From positions 12 to 64,011 of the forward strand of contig JBKOWM010000020.1 in NCBI GenBank assembly GCA_046724395.1: 64,000 bases of DNA. The letters run 5' to 3'. The DNA is from Actinomycetota bacterium. GTDB taxonomy: Bacteria > Actinomycetota > UBA4738 > HRBIN12. Within the stretch, counting starts at the first letter, position 1. Each line of letters begins with the position of its first letter. Below are positions 1 to 9,080 of this stretch, one piece after another. A program made the translations under genes and the position numbers. The notes beneath the pieces were generated by a model. That model had not been told where the DNA came from, ran no database searches, and saw only the letters and a program-made list of their open reading frames with translations.

Positions 1-377
1 TAGCTCCGGCCAGGCACCCCCGCGGCACCCGCCAGCGCCCGCTTACGGCTGCTTCCTTCCGGACCTGACCGGGTTCGCAGGTTGGCGTCGCGCGGGACCC
101 GACCATCGACGCTCCGTGCCGGGAGCGACCTCGGACCCACAGGGCCTCGGGCGGGGATTCAGCCCCGCTGAAGCGGATCGCGGGTACAGGGCACCGCTAG
201 CTCCCCGCCTAGCACGGCCACCTCCACGAGTATACGGACCGTTGCGACACGCATTGACGCCGGACGCCGGGCATCGGGGAGCCGCACCCTCTTCGGCATG
301 CCCGCGGTCGGACGCCCGATGCACGCAGCGGACCTAGGCGGTTCGCCCGAGATCAAAGGGCCCGACGCCCGTTTCCT

Positions 378-1058
378 GTGACGGGTCCGTCGTACTACCG
401 TCAGGCTGACATCATGGAAGATGCCGGGAACACGCCCTCGCCGCCCTCGGCCGTCCCGTTTCGGCGGGTGGACAACCGTGGAACCTCGCCCGAAACGATA
501 CGCGCCGCTTCTTTCAGGACGGTTCGCAAGGGGTTCGACACACGCGAGGTCCGAGATTTTCTCGAGCGACTCGCGAGCGAAGTCGAGGCGCTTCGCGACC
601 AGATTCGCAGCCTCGAGGCAGAGGCAGCAGCTTCCCCGTCGACGCAGGTCGCCGACCTGATGCGGCGATTCGGCGAGGAGGCCGCCGCGCTCGAACGACA
701 GGCCGAGGCGGCCGCCGAGGCAGCGCGCGCTTCGGCCCGCGCCGAGGCCGACGAAATCCTCCGCGACGCGCGCATCCGGCACGAGGAGGCCGCCGCCGAC
801 GCCGCGGCCACGGTGGCCGCCGCACAGTCGGAGGCCGACCGAATGCTCCGCGAGGCTCGATCGAAGGCCGAGGCGTTTCGCCGGGGCATCGAGGCGGCGC
901 GCCGGACCGCCGTCGGCGATCTTTCGCGAATGCACGACGTTCTCCTGAAGACGCTCGTCGGTCTGGATGCCGCCGGAACCTCCGACGAGACACCCGGCCA
1001 GACCATCGAAGACGTCATCGTGGTTGCGGACGCGACGGACGACACACGCAGCGCCTGA
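378..1058 (+). CDS. DivIVA domain-containing protein (coiled-coil, Ala/Glu-rich)
   Basis: N-terminal block 'FRTVRKGFDTREVRDFLERLASEVEALRDQIRSLE' matches the DivIVA domain signature, followed by a long Ala/Glu-rich coiled-coil. GTG start at 378; alternative ATG at 414. Confidence 0.7.
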   Translation: MTGPSYYRQADIMEDAGNTPSPPSAVPFRRVDNRGTSPETIRAASFRTVRKGFDTREVRDFLERLASEVEALRDQIRSLEAEAAASPSTQVADLMRRFGEEAAALERQAEAAAEAARASARAEADEILRDARIRHEEAAADAAATVAAAQSEADRMLREARSKAEAFRRGIEAARRTAVGDLSRMHDVLLKTLVGLDAAGTSDETPGQTIEDVIVVADATDDTRSA

Positions 1059-1107
1059 TACTCCCGGGCCCGCCTGTCGGCGGGCCGCGACTCCCCGTAG
1101 CGTTCTG

Positions 1108-1192
1108 CGGTGGCCGCGGGATTCGAACCCGCGAGGGGTTGCCCCCTACACGCTCTCCAGGCGTGCCCCTTCGTCCGCTCGGGCAGGCCACC
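1108..1192 (-). tRNA. tRNA-Ser (anticodon GGA)
   Basis: Reverse complement folds as a cloverleaf: 7-bp acceptor GGTGGCC/GGCCACC, anticodon stem CACGC/GCGTG with loop CUGGAGA, long variable arm, T-loop GGTTCGAATCC. No encoded CCA. Confidence 0.8.
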
Positions 1193-1308
1193 GTGACGAG
1201 TCTACGGAACGCCTGCGAACGTCCGGGCGGCGTCGTGACAACCGCACTTATCATGGGTGGCTCGCCCACGCGACCAGAACGTGTCGTTGGATTGGAGCGG
1301 CCATCGCG

Positions 1309-2328
1309 ATGGTGACGACGATGGATCGAACGGAGTTCGAGCGCCAGCTCGAGGAACAACGCACGGTGCTCACCGGCTACTGCTATCGCATGCTCGGCTC
1401 GCCATACGAGGCCGAGGACGCCGTGCAGGAGACGATGCTCCGCGCATGGAAGGCCTTCGATCAGTTCGACGGCCGATCTGCGCTCAGCACGTGGCTCTAT
1501 CGCATCGCGACGAACGTCTGCCTCGACGCCCTGCAGGGGCGCAAGCGGCGCGCCATCCCGATGGACTTGTCCCCCGCGGCGAAGGCGGATGCGCCGCTGC
1601 CGTCACCGGTCTCGTGGGAAGCATGGGTGCGGCCGATCCCCGACGCGGCCGTGCTACCCGACACCGGCGACCCCGCCGAGCTCGTCGAAACCCGCGAGAC
1701 CATCCGGCTCGCGTTCGTCGCGGCGCTACAGACCCTGCCTCCAAAGCAGCGCGCCGTCCTGATCCTGCGCGAGGTGTTGCGCTGGCAGGCGAGCGAGGTG
1801 GCCGAGCTCCTCGGCACCTCCGTCGCGTCCGTCAACAGCGCGCTCCAGCGAGCAAGGGCCACCCTCGACTCGACGGTGATCGGCGACGGCCGCCGGCTCG
1901 ACCCCACGAACGACGACGCGCAGGCCGACCTGCTCGCGCGCTACGTCGACGCGTTCGAGCGGTACGACATGGAGGCGCTCGTGGCGCTGCTCCACGAGGA
2001 CGCAACGCACAACATGCCGCCGTACGAGATGTGGCTTCGAGGACCCGATCAGATGACGCGCTGGATGCTCGGCCCGGGAATCACATGTCGGGGCTCGCGG
2101 CTCCTGCCCGTGCACGGGAACGGATCGCCCGGCTTCGCGATCTACCGGCCGACGGGTCCCGGCGGCAGGCGCGAGCCGTTCAACGTCCACCTGCTGGATA
2201 TCGTGGATGGCCGCATTGCCGGCATCACGTACTTCCTCGACATCGGCCTGTTCCCGCTCTTCGGGCTGCCTCGGGGGGTCGAGGCCAGTCCCGGGAGGGG
2301 AATCGACCAACCGGATGGCAACCGATGA
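1309..2328 (+). CDS. ECF-type RNA polymerase sigma factor with C-terminal SnoaL-like extension (SigJ/ECF41-like)
   Basis: Region 2 'YEAEDAVQETMLRAWKAFDQFDGRSALSTWLYRIATNVCLDAL' and region 4 'QRAVLILREVLRWQASEVAELLGTSVASVNSALQRAR'. ATG at 1309 is in frame with the long ORF; the upstream extension is Arg/Pro-rich junk. Confidence 0.8.
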   Translation: MVTTMDRTEFERQLEEQRTVLTGYCYRMLGSPYEAEDAVQETMLRAWKAFDQFDGRSALSTWLYRIATNVCLDALQGRKRRAIPMDLSPAAKADAPLPSPVSWEAWVRPIPDAAVLPDTGDPAELVETRETIRLAFVAALQTLPPKQRAVLILREVLRWQASEVAELLGTSVASVNSALQRARATLDSTVIGDGRRLDPTNDDAQADLLARYVDAFERYDMEALVALLHEDATHNMPPYEMWLRGPDQMTRWMLGPGITCRGSRLLPVHGNGSPGFAIYRPTGPGGRREPFNVHLLDIVDGRIAGITYFLDIGLFPLFGLPRGVEASPGRGIDQPDGNR

Positions 2329-2537
2329 GTTCGGCGCCACAGCTCCGTCTCTAAAGATAGAGAGAGGGAGGATGGCAGATGGCGTCCCGGCACGGGGCTG
2401 AGTTCGACGCGCACACCACACCGCTGATCCCGGCTCCGACCCTTGTCCTCGGGGTGTCGCCCGCGACCGTGTTCGCCGATGGCCGAACAGGGTCCTTCTC
2501 GGCGACGCGCCGGCGGTTCTGACGCCGGACGGCGCCG

Positions 2538-2912
2538 ATGCCCGGCGATGCCTACGACGGCTCCTGGAGGACTGCGGCCGATGCCTCACGCGACGGGCGG
2601 CTCTCGATCAACGTGCTTCGCCACGGCGAGGTCGTCGTCCTCGCGCCGGGCGAGTCGATGCCGAATGCGCGCGGCGAGTGGGAAGACCGAATGATCGTGG
2701 TCGAGGACGGCGAGATCGAACTCGAGTGCCGCGGCGGGGGGCGCGCAAGGTTCGTTCCCGGCGACGTGCTGTTCGTGTCCGGGCTGTCGGTGAGCGCGAT
2801 CCGGAACGCGGGGCCAGTGTCCGCCGTGCTCGGTACCGTCTCCCGTCACATCGTCCCGACCAGACGTGTCGATGATTCGGGCCGGTCCAACCGGTCGAAC
2901 CCACGGCCGTAA
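2538..2912 (+). CDS. putative cupin-domain protein
   Basis: 'HGEVVVLAPGESMPNARGEWEDRMIVVEDGEIELEC...FVPGDVLFV' resembles the cupin two-motif beta-barrel. Weak RBS and a low-complexity tail. Confidence 0.35.
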   Translation: MPGDAYDGSWRTAADASRDGRLSINVLRHGEVVVLAPGESMPNARGEWEDRMIVVEDGEIELECRGGGRARFVPGDVLFVSGLSVSAIRNAGPVSAVLGTVSRHIVPTRRVDDSGRSNRSNPRP

Positions 2913-2940
2913 TCAGGGCCGTAATCAGGAGGTGCAGACG

Positions 2941-4335
2941 ATGAACGCTTCGCCAACGGAAATCCCGGTCGCCGACCTGCGGGCGGCCGTGAGCGGTCGC
3001 GTGATCGCGCCCGGCGACGAGGACTACGACGTTGCCCGCACCGTCTTTCCGGGTGGAATCGATCGGCGGCCCGGCGCCATCGTGCGGGTCGCGGATGCCG
3101 CCGACGTCGCACGCGTCGTTGAATTCGGCCGCGAGCTGGGCGTCGACATCGCCGTCCGCAGTGGCGGCCACAGCGGCGCCGGTCACAGCGTTTCCGAAGG
3201 CGGGATCACGATCGATCTCGCCGACCTCCGCACGATCGACATCGACACCGACAGGCGGACCGCGTGGGCGCAGACCGGCCTCACCGCGATCGAGTACGCC
3301 AAGGCGGCCGGGGAGCACGGCCTTGTGACCGGCTTCGGCGATACGGGCTCGGTGGGCGTGGGTGGAATCACACTCGGGGGCGGAGTCGGCTACCTCGTAC
3401 GGAGGTTCGGCCTCACGATCGACGATCTTCTCGGGGCCGAAGTCGTGACGGCCGACGCCGAGGTGCTACGCCTCGACGCTGACGCCCATCCCGACCTGTT
3501 CTGGGCGATTCGCGGCGGGGGCGGCAACTTCGGGGTCGCCACACGCTTCCAACTCCGCCTCCATGAGCTGCCGACGGTCGTCGGTGGGATGCTGCTGCTG
3601 CCCGCCACGCCGGAGACGATCCTGTCGTTCCTCGCGGAGGCCGAGGCCGCGCCCGACGAACTCTCGACGATCGCGAACGTCATGCCGGCGCCGCCGATGC
3701 CGTTCCTTCCCGAGGAGCTGCATGGACGGCTCGCGATCATGGCCTTGATGTGCTTCTCGGGCGATGCCGAGTCTGGGGAGAAGGCACTAGCGCCGTTTCG
3801 CGCCATCGCGCAGCCGATGGCGGACATGGTGCGCCCGATCCCGTACCCGGAGATCTATCCGCCAGAGGAGGAGGGCTACCATCCGATCGCGGCCGCTCGC
3901 ACGATGTTCATCGACGCGGTCGACGAGAATTCGGCGCGGACGATGATCGAGCGCCTCGAGGCGTCCGACGCGATGATGCGCGTTGTGCAGATCCGCGTTC
4001 TCGGCGGCGCGATGGCGCGCGTTTCGAACGACGCCACGGCGTTCGCGCACCGCGATCGCCGGATGATGCTCAACGTCGCCGCGCTGGCGAGCGATCCGAG
4101 GGAGTTGCCTCGGCACGAACAGTGGGTCGAATCGTTGGCCGCTTCGATCCAACGCGGCCCCGAGGCCGCATACGTGAACTTCCTCAACGACGAGGGACCC
4201 GAGCGCGTGCGCCAGGCGTACCCGGGAACCACCTACGACCGCCTGGCCGAGGTCAAGGCGCGGTATGACCCGGCCAACCTCTTTCGCCTCAACCAGAACA
4301 TCCCGCCCGCGGTCGCGAGCGGCACCGCGTCATGA
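2941..4335 (+). CDS. FAD-binding oxidoreductase (FAD_binding_4 / BBE-like)
   Basis: 'VRSGGHSGAGHSVSEGGITIDLADL', 'GVGGITLGGGVGYLVRRFGLTIDDL', 'FWAIRGGGGNFGV' are typical of FAD-linked oxidases. ATG at 2941 (MNASPTE) chosen over the upstream Arg-rich extension. Confidence 0.8.
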   Translation: MNASPTEIPVADLRAAVSGRVIAPGDEDYDVARTVFPGGIDRRPGAIVRVADAADVARVVEFGRELGVDIAVRSGGHSGAGHSVSEGGITIDLADLRTIDIDTDRRTAWAQTGLTAIEYAKAAGEHGLVTGFGDTGSVGVGGITLGGGVGYLVRRFGLTIDDLLGAEVVTADAEVLRLDADAHPDLFWAIRGGGGNFGVATRFQLRLHELPTVVGGMLLLPATPETILSFLAEAEAAPDELSTIANVMPAPPMPFLPEELHGRLAIMALMCFSGDAESGEKALAPFRAIAQPMADMVRPIPYPEIYPPEEEGYHPIAAARTMFIDAVDENSARTMIERLEASDAMMRVVQIRVLGGAMARVSNDATAFAHRDRRMMLNVAALASDPRELPRHEQWVESLAASIQRGPEAAYVNFLNDEGPERVRQAYPGTTYDRLAEVKARYDPANLFRLNQNIPPAVASGTAS

Positions 4336-4497
4336 CGTTATAGCCAGCGCGCGAGTCGCCGAGACCCCGCGGCAAGCCTTTTGGCCGGGCTCGGCTGCGC
4401 ACGAATGCTCGCGGAGGGACCGGAAGTTCTCTCGGAATCCCGTTTCGGCTTGCGCCACATCGGAAATCGTGGGGAGGTCGCTACCGAGGAGGAGCAC

Positions 4498-4596
4498 ATG
4501 CTGGCAGCAGGCCTCAACTGGCTCTGGATCCTCATCGTCATCGTCGTGATCGCAGCGGTGGCCTGGTACTTCATCCGTGGCAGAGGAACCGTCTGA
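4498..4596 (+). CDS. small (32 aa) single-TM hydrophobic protein
   Basis: Strong SD 'GAGGAGGAG' 5 nt before ATG 4498. Product MLAAGLNWLWILIVIVVIAAVAWYFIRGRGTV is one TM helix. Confidence 0.4.
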   Translation: MLAAGLNWLWILIVIVVIAAVAWYFIRGRGTV

Positions 4597-4615
4597 GGGC
4601 ACTCGCCCGAGGGCA

Positions 4616-5452
4616 TCAGTAGGCGTCGCCGCTGGCCGGATCGGTCAGTTCCTCGAGCCGAGTGGACTTCAGTCGGGCGAGATCGGTCGGGTAAGCAACG
4701 CCGTTCGCCTTGGCGATGCGCGGCGCGTGCTCGCGGAAGAAGGCGACGATGCGGACGCCCGATTCGAGCATGGCGTCGCGTTGCAGTGCACACAACGTCG
4801 AGGCCAGCTCGGTGAGCTCCCCGACCGGGACCTCCTTTGAGAGCTTCTCGTACGCTTCCCCCTGCGCCTCGACACCGTGCCGGATCCGAACGAGGTTGAC
4901 GCAGTAGCGACGGAGCGCCTCGAGCTGGCCGTATGCCCACCAGAGATCGCCGCGGCCCATCGCGGCGAGAAAATGCGAGAGGTCGTGCCAGAACCACATG
5001 ACGGTCTCACGCAGCCGTTCGCGCTGCTCGTCCGGATCCGGTCGCGAGAACGGGAACTCGGCGCGACCGAGGACGCCGCGCTTGTCCACCAGCGTCTGAA
5101 AGGGTCCCACCTCGAGGCGCTTCAGCGCCCCCTCCCGCTCGAAGTGCAGCTCGACGTCTGTCCCGTCGCGAAGTATGCAGAAGGCGATCCGGTCGAGGCC
5201 GAAGTCCTCCAGGAACAGCGGGTCGCCGAGCCTCCGGACGAAAGCATCACGGCTGCTCATAACATTCTCGAGCGCGTCGTCGGTCGTGATGGCGTACAGG
5301 TCGATGTCGGAGAACTCGTCCGCCTCCCCTCGCGCACGTGAGCCGCCGAGCAGTCCGGCGATGATCCGGTCGTCCGCCTCACAAGCCTCGGCGAAGCGAA
5401 AGACGACGCCGGGCTGGTCTCGCGGTGCACGCGGTTGGATCGATCTCACCAC
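4616..5452 (-). CDS. nucleotidyltransferase-domain protein (ANT(6)/AadK-like)
   Basis: NTase motif 'GLLGGSRARGEADEFSDIDLY' (G-S-x9-D-x-D) plus a C-terminal helical domain resembling aminoglycoside 6-adenylyltransferases. Confidence 0.7.
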   Translation of the reverse strand: MVRSIQPRAPRDQPGVVFRFAEACEADDRIIAGLLGGSRARGEADEFSDIDLYAITTDDALENVMSSRDAFVRRLGDPLFLEDFGLDRIAFCILRDGTDVELHFEREGALKRLEVGPFQTLVDKRGVLGRAEFPFSRPDPDEQRERLRETVMWFWHDLSHFLAAMGRGDLWWAYGQLEALRRYCVNLVRIRHGVEAQGEAYEKLSKEVPVGELTELASTLCALQRDAMLESGVRIVAFFREHAPRIAKANGVAYPTDLARLKSTRLEELTDPASGDAY

Positions 5453-5803
5453 CGAAGTCTCGCATTTTCCTATCGGGCGTCCTCTCGTTCGAAACGAACA
5501 GCGCGCGTCCCGCGAGGTGGAAGGTATTGTCGGCCCGTTTAGGACCCACCGCCCGGACCGCTGTGATCCTCGGCGCCTCCGCCGCTCTCGGACTGCCCAT
5601 GCGGTAGCTCACGCGGCCGCAGCCGCAGCTTCCGGTGGCCGACGGCCGTCAGGAGTACCTGGTAGAAGGCGCCGCCACAACCGAGGTGAGAAAGATCTTC
5701 ACCTCCGTAACGTCCTCGTTCGTAAAGGTCTCGATCACATCATCCACAACGAGGCACGCGCGTCCCGAGCCGGTTGGTTACCTGCGCACGTCAGAACGGA
5801 TTA

Positions 5804-5895
5804 TGGCGGAGGCGGCGTGATTCGAACACGCGAGAGCCGGTCAAGGCCCTAACCGCTTTCGAGGCGGTCCCGTTCGTCCGCTCCGGCACGCCTCC
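5804..5895 (-). tRNA. tRNA-Ser (anticodon CGA)
   Basis: Reverse complement GGAGGCGTGCCGGAGCGGACGAACGG...ACCGC-CUCGAAA-GCGGU...GCGTGTTCGAATCACGC-CGCCTCC-G-CCA. Long variable arm; encoded CCA. Confidence 0.8.
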
Positions 5896-5977
5896 GGCGG
5901 CGAGTCTAGCAAGGCGTGCCGAGCGCCGGCGTGGGAGGATGCTCTCATCGTCTCGCCCTACGTGGAGGCCGCGATAT

Positions 5978-6370
5978 ATGGACGCTCGGAAACTGCGGTC
6001 GATCCCCCTCTTCGACGGGCTCTCCCGCAAGGAGCTCGAGCAGATCGCGAGGCAAGCCGACGAGATCGACCTCCCGCCGGGCAAGCGGCTTTTGGACCAG
6101 GGCCGGTACGCGTACGAGTTCTTCGTGATCGCCGACGGCTCCGTGGAGGTGCGACAGGACCGCCATCCCGTCGCCACACTCGGACCGGGCGATTGTTTCG
6201 GGGAGATCGCCCTGCTCGAAAACTCGCCGCGGACGGCGACAATTGAGACGCTGACGCGCGTGCGAGCGATCGTGATGGATTCCCGCGGCTTCTCGGTGAT
6301 GATGTCCGCGTCGCCCACCGTCGCGGATCGCATCCGTGCAATAGAGCAACAGCGCATGTCGAACGGCTGA
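5978..6370 (+). CDS. stand-alone cyclic-nucleotide-binding (CAP effector) domain protein
   Basis: 'FDGLSRKELEQIARQADEIDLPPGKRLLDQGRYAYEFFVIADGSVEV...GPGDCFGEIALLENSPRTATI' is the cNMP-binding beta-roll (FGE...RTA motif). No HTH domain; ATG 5978. Confidence 0.75.
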   Translation: MDARKLRSIPLFDGLSRKELEQIARQADEIDLPPGKRLLDQGRYAYEFFVIADGSVEVRQDRHPVATLGPGDCFGEIALLENSPRTATIETLTRVRAIVMDSRGFSVMMSASPTVADRIRAIEQQRMSNG

Positions 6371-6376
6371 CGACGC

Positions 6377-6838
6377 CTACCGCCGGCGCCGAAAGAATGC
6401 GCGCAGCAGCTCGGCGGATTGGCCATCGAGGACGCCCGCCGTCACGTCGACTCGGTGATTGAGCCGCTCGTCGCGGACGAGATCGCCGAGCGAGCCGGCG
6501 AAGCCGGCCTTCGCGTCGGCCGCGCCGAACACGAGCCGGTCGATCCGCGCGAGGACCATGGCGCCGGCGCACATGGCGCACGGCTCGAGCGTCACGAACA
6601 TCGTGCACGCGTCCAGCCGCCACGAGCCCACCACTTCGCTCGCCTGGCGGAGCGCGAGGATCTCCGCGTGCGCCGTCGGGTCGTTTCGGTGCTGCCGCTG
6701 ATTCCCGGCCCGCCCGAGCACCTCACCGCCGCGTGCGACGACGGCGCCGACCGGGACGTCGCCCCACGACCCGGCCAGCCGAGCCTCCTCGAGGGCGAGC
6801 CCCATCATCCGCTCGTCGAGCTCGGCGACGCCTTCCAT
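6377..6838 (-). CDS. tadA: tRNA-specific adenosine(34) deaminase
   Basis: Zinc-deaminase motifs 'HAEILALR' and 'TLEPCAMCAGA'; size 153 aa. Confidence 0.9.
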   Translation of the reverse strand: MEGVAELDERMMGLALEEARLAGSWGDVPVGAVVARGGEVLGRAGNQRQHRNDPTAHAEILALRQASEVVGSWRLDACTMFVTLEPCAMCAGAMVLARIDRLVFGAADAKAGFAGSLGDLVRDERLNHRVDVTAGVLDGQSAELLRAFFRRRR

Positions 6839-7185
6839 CAGTAGCGGTCGAGCTCGCGCAGGCGATCGTCGCTGATGCCGAAGAAGTGCGCGACCTCGTG
6901 CGCCACGGTGTGGGCGATGAGGTCGCGCAGCGCATCGTCGCCGGCGCCGGCCGCACGCTCGATCGTCGAACGGTACAGCGTAATCGTGTCGGGCAGCACG
7001 CCGGCGTAATACGTCCGCTCGGTGAGCGGGATGCCGTGGTACCGGCCGAGGAGGTTCGGCTGACCGTGCGGCGGCCGCTTCTCGACGAGCACCTCAACAT
7101 TCTCGAGCCGGTCGAGCACCCACTCCGGAAGAGCATCGACCGCCTCGGCGACGAGGTTTTCGAACCGTTTACGACCGGATGCCAC
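6838..7185 (-). CDS. metallopeptidase-family (zinicin-like) protein
   Basis: C-terminal 'HTVAHEVAHFFGISDDRL' HExxH-type motif; about 115 aa; start overlaps the tadA start by 1 nt. Confidence 0.7.
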   Translation of the reverse strand: MASGRKRFENLVAEAVDALPEWVLDRLENVEVLVEKRPPHGQPNLLGRYHGIPLTERTYYAGVLPDTITLYRSTIERAAGAGDDALRDLIAHTVAHEVAHFFGISDDRLRELDRY

Positions 7186-7194
7186 CGACCGAGC

Positions 7195-8286
7195 CTACGA
7201 CCGCTTCTTCGCGAGCGCCGAGACGGCCTCCAACACGATCCGGTGCGCGAGCATCGCCGTCACGTCGGCGTTGTCGTACGGCGGCGAGACCTCGACGATA
7301 TCCATCCCGACGAGGTCGACGCGGCCGACGATCTGGCGCACCGCGCGGAGCATCTCGCGGGGCAGAATGCCGCCGGGCTCCGGCGTCCCCGTCCCCGGCG
7401 CTGTTCCCGGGTCCACGACGTCGATGTCGACCGAGAGATAAATGCAGTCGGGCCCGTCGAGGGCCTCCGCGATGGAGTCGGCGATGACCGCCTCCGACCC
7501 ACGCTCCTCGATCTCGACCATCGTGTGCCAGCGCAGGCCGCGCTCACGCATCCAGTCGAACGTCGCCCTCTCCGGCCAATAGCCGCGCAGGCCGATCTGC
7601 ACGAAGTTTCTGCCGTCGACCCAGCCCTCCTCGATCAGCCGGCGCATCGGCGTGCCGTGCGAGAGCAGTGACCCCCAGACGTCGTTGCCCGTATCGGCGT
7701 GCGCGTCGAAGTGGACGATGCCGACCGAGCGCGGATGCACGTGGCGCGCGACGGCCGCCGCCGACGGGTATGTGATCGAGTGGTCGCCGCCGAGGACGAG
7801 CGGCGTCGCCCCGGTTCCGGCGACGCGGTACACCTTTTCGTGGATGACGCGGTGCGCTCGCGCGAGCCGCGACGGAACGACGGGGGCATCGCCGGCGTCG
7901 ACGACCGTGACGTGCGCGAACGGCTCGATGTCGAGCTGGATCGACCACGCGTCGACGTTGGCCCAGTGATACGGCGCCCCGCGGATCGCGCGAGGACCGA
8001 AGCGCGCCCCCGGCCGCGCGCTCGTCCCGTCGTCGAGCGGGGCGCCGACGATCGCGACGTCGGCGTTCGCCGCTCGGATGGCCTCCTCGTCGATCGCCCA
8101 GGGCAGCTTGTGGAAGGAGCCCGTCCACCCCGTGTGATACGGAAGGTCTTCGGTCGCGAACTCGTCGAACTCATCCCCGGATGCAAGCTCGCTCCGCTCG
8201 ATGCGAAAGTCTCTTTGAGTCACGTCCGGCTCCGCTCCTGCGCCGATCGGCCCGCGAACCGTACCGGGCCCACCGGCCGCGGACAA
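7195..8286 (-). CDS. speB: agmatinase / ureohydrolase (arginase family)
   Basis: Mn-binding motifs 'GGDHSITYP', 'HFDAHADT', 'SVDIDVVDP'. Confidence 0.85.
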   Translation of the reverse strand: MSAAGGPGTVRGPIGAGAEPDVTQRDFRIERSELASGDEFDEFATEDLPYHTGWTGSFHKLPWAIDEEAIRAANADVAIVGAPLDDGTSARPGARFGPRAIRGAPYHWANVDAWSIQLDIEPFAHVTVVDAGDAPVVPSRLARAHRVIHEKVYRVAGTGATPLVLGGDHSITYPSAAAVARHVHPRSVGIVHFDAHADTGNDVWGSLLSHGTPMRRLIEEGWVDGRNFVQIGLRGYWPERATFDWMRERGLRWHTMVEIEERGSEAVIADSIAEALDGPDCIYLSVDIDVVDPGTAPGTGTPEPGGILPREMLRAVRQIVGRVDLVGMDIVEVSPPYDNADVTAMLAHRIVLEAVSALAKKRS

Positions 8287-8298
8287 TCACAAGGTCCG

Positions 8299-8682
8299 CT
8301 AGGCCTTGGCGATCTGGATGAGGTTGCCGCACGTGTCGTCGAAGACCGCCGTCGTGACACCGCCCATGTCGAGCGGCTCCTGCGTAAACCGGACGCCTCT
8401 CTCCCGAAGCCGCTCGAACTCGGCGTTCACGTCGTCGACCGCGAACGAGGTTGCCGGGATCCCGTCGGCCACGAGCGCCTCCTTGAACGGTCGCGCGGCC
8501 GGATGGGCGTCCGGTTCGAGCAGGAGCTCGGTCCCCTTGGGGTCGTCCGGGGAGACGACGGTGAGCCATCGAGCTTCGCCGAGCGGCACGTCCTTGTTCT
8601 TCACGAATCCGAGGGCGTCGGTGTAAAAGCGGAGCGCCTTCTCCTGATCGTCGACGAGCACGGATGTTATGTAGATCCTCAT
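8299..8682 (-). CDS. VOC/glyoxalase-family protein
   Basis: 'MRIYITSVLVDDQEKALRFYTDALGF...' bba-bbb fold pattern; ATG 8682 overlaps the arsR stop (ATGA). Confidence 0.7.
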   Translation of the reverse strand: MRIYITSVLVDDQEKALRFYTDALGFVKNKDVPLGEARWLTVVSPDDPKGTELLLEPDAHPAARPFKEALVADGIPATSFAVDDVNAEFERLRERGVRFTQEPLDMGGVTTAVFDDTCGNLIQIAKA

Positions 8683-8984
8683 GTGCCTCTCCCTCCGCGT
8701 CTCCGCCGCCATCGCTTCCCGATCTCGTCCAGCGGTGACGTGTCCAGGTGGTGGAACTTGTATCTGCCCTCCCTTCTGGTCTTCACGAGGCCCGCCGACT
8801 CGAGGACGTCGAGGTGTTGCGAGATCGCCTGGCGAGACGACCCGAGGTGGTGCCTCATGGCGAGCCGCGAGCAAAGCTCGAACAGCGTCTGCCCGTCTCG
8901 CTCCGCCAACTCGTCGAGGATCGCCCGCCTCGTTGCGTCTGCGAGCGCGCGGTAGACGTCGCCCACACCCGCGACAATAGGCAA
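8679..8984 (-). CDS. ArsR/SmtB-family transcriptional regulator
   Basis: 'ALADATRRAILDELAERDGQTLFELCSRLAMRHHLGSSRQAISQHLDVLESAGLV' winged-HTH. Confidence 0.8.
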   Translation of the reverse strand: MPIVAGVGDVYRALADATRRAILDELAERDGQTLFELCSRLAMRHHLGSSRQAISQHLDVLESAGLVKTRREGRYKFHHLDTSPLDEIGKRWRRRRGGRGT

Positions 8985-9080
8985 GTGGCGACTTGCCTGT
9001 CAACCCGTGAACGACGCGAGCATCGTGGAATCACCCGGGGCGGTGGCGCGCTGGCGCCGAGGGCACGGGGTGTGCCCGGG

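Noticed and set aside
159-1045. Minus-strand ORFs (258, 214, 159 aa) opposite the DivIVA gene
   Set aside because: Low-complexity antisense translations; no motifs.
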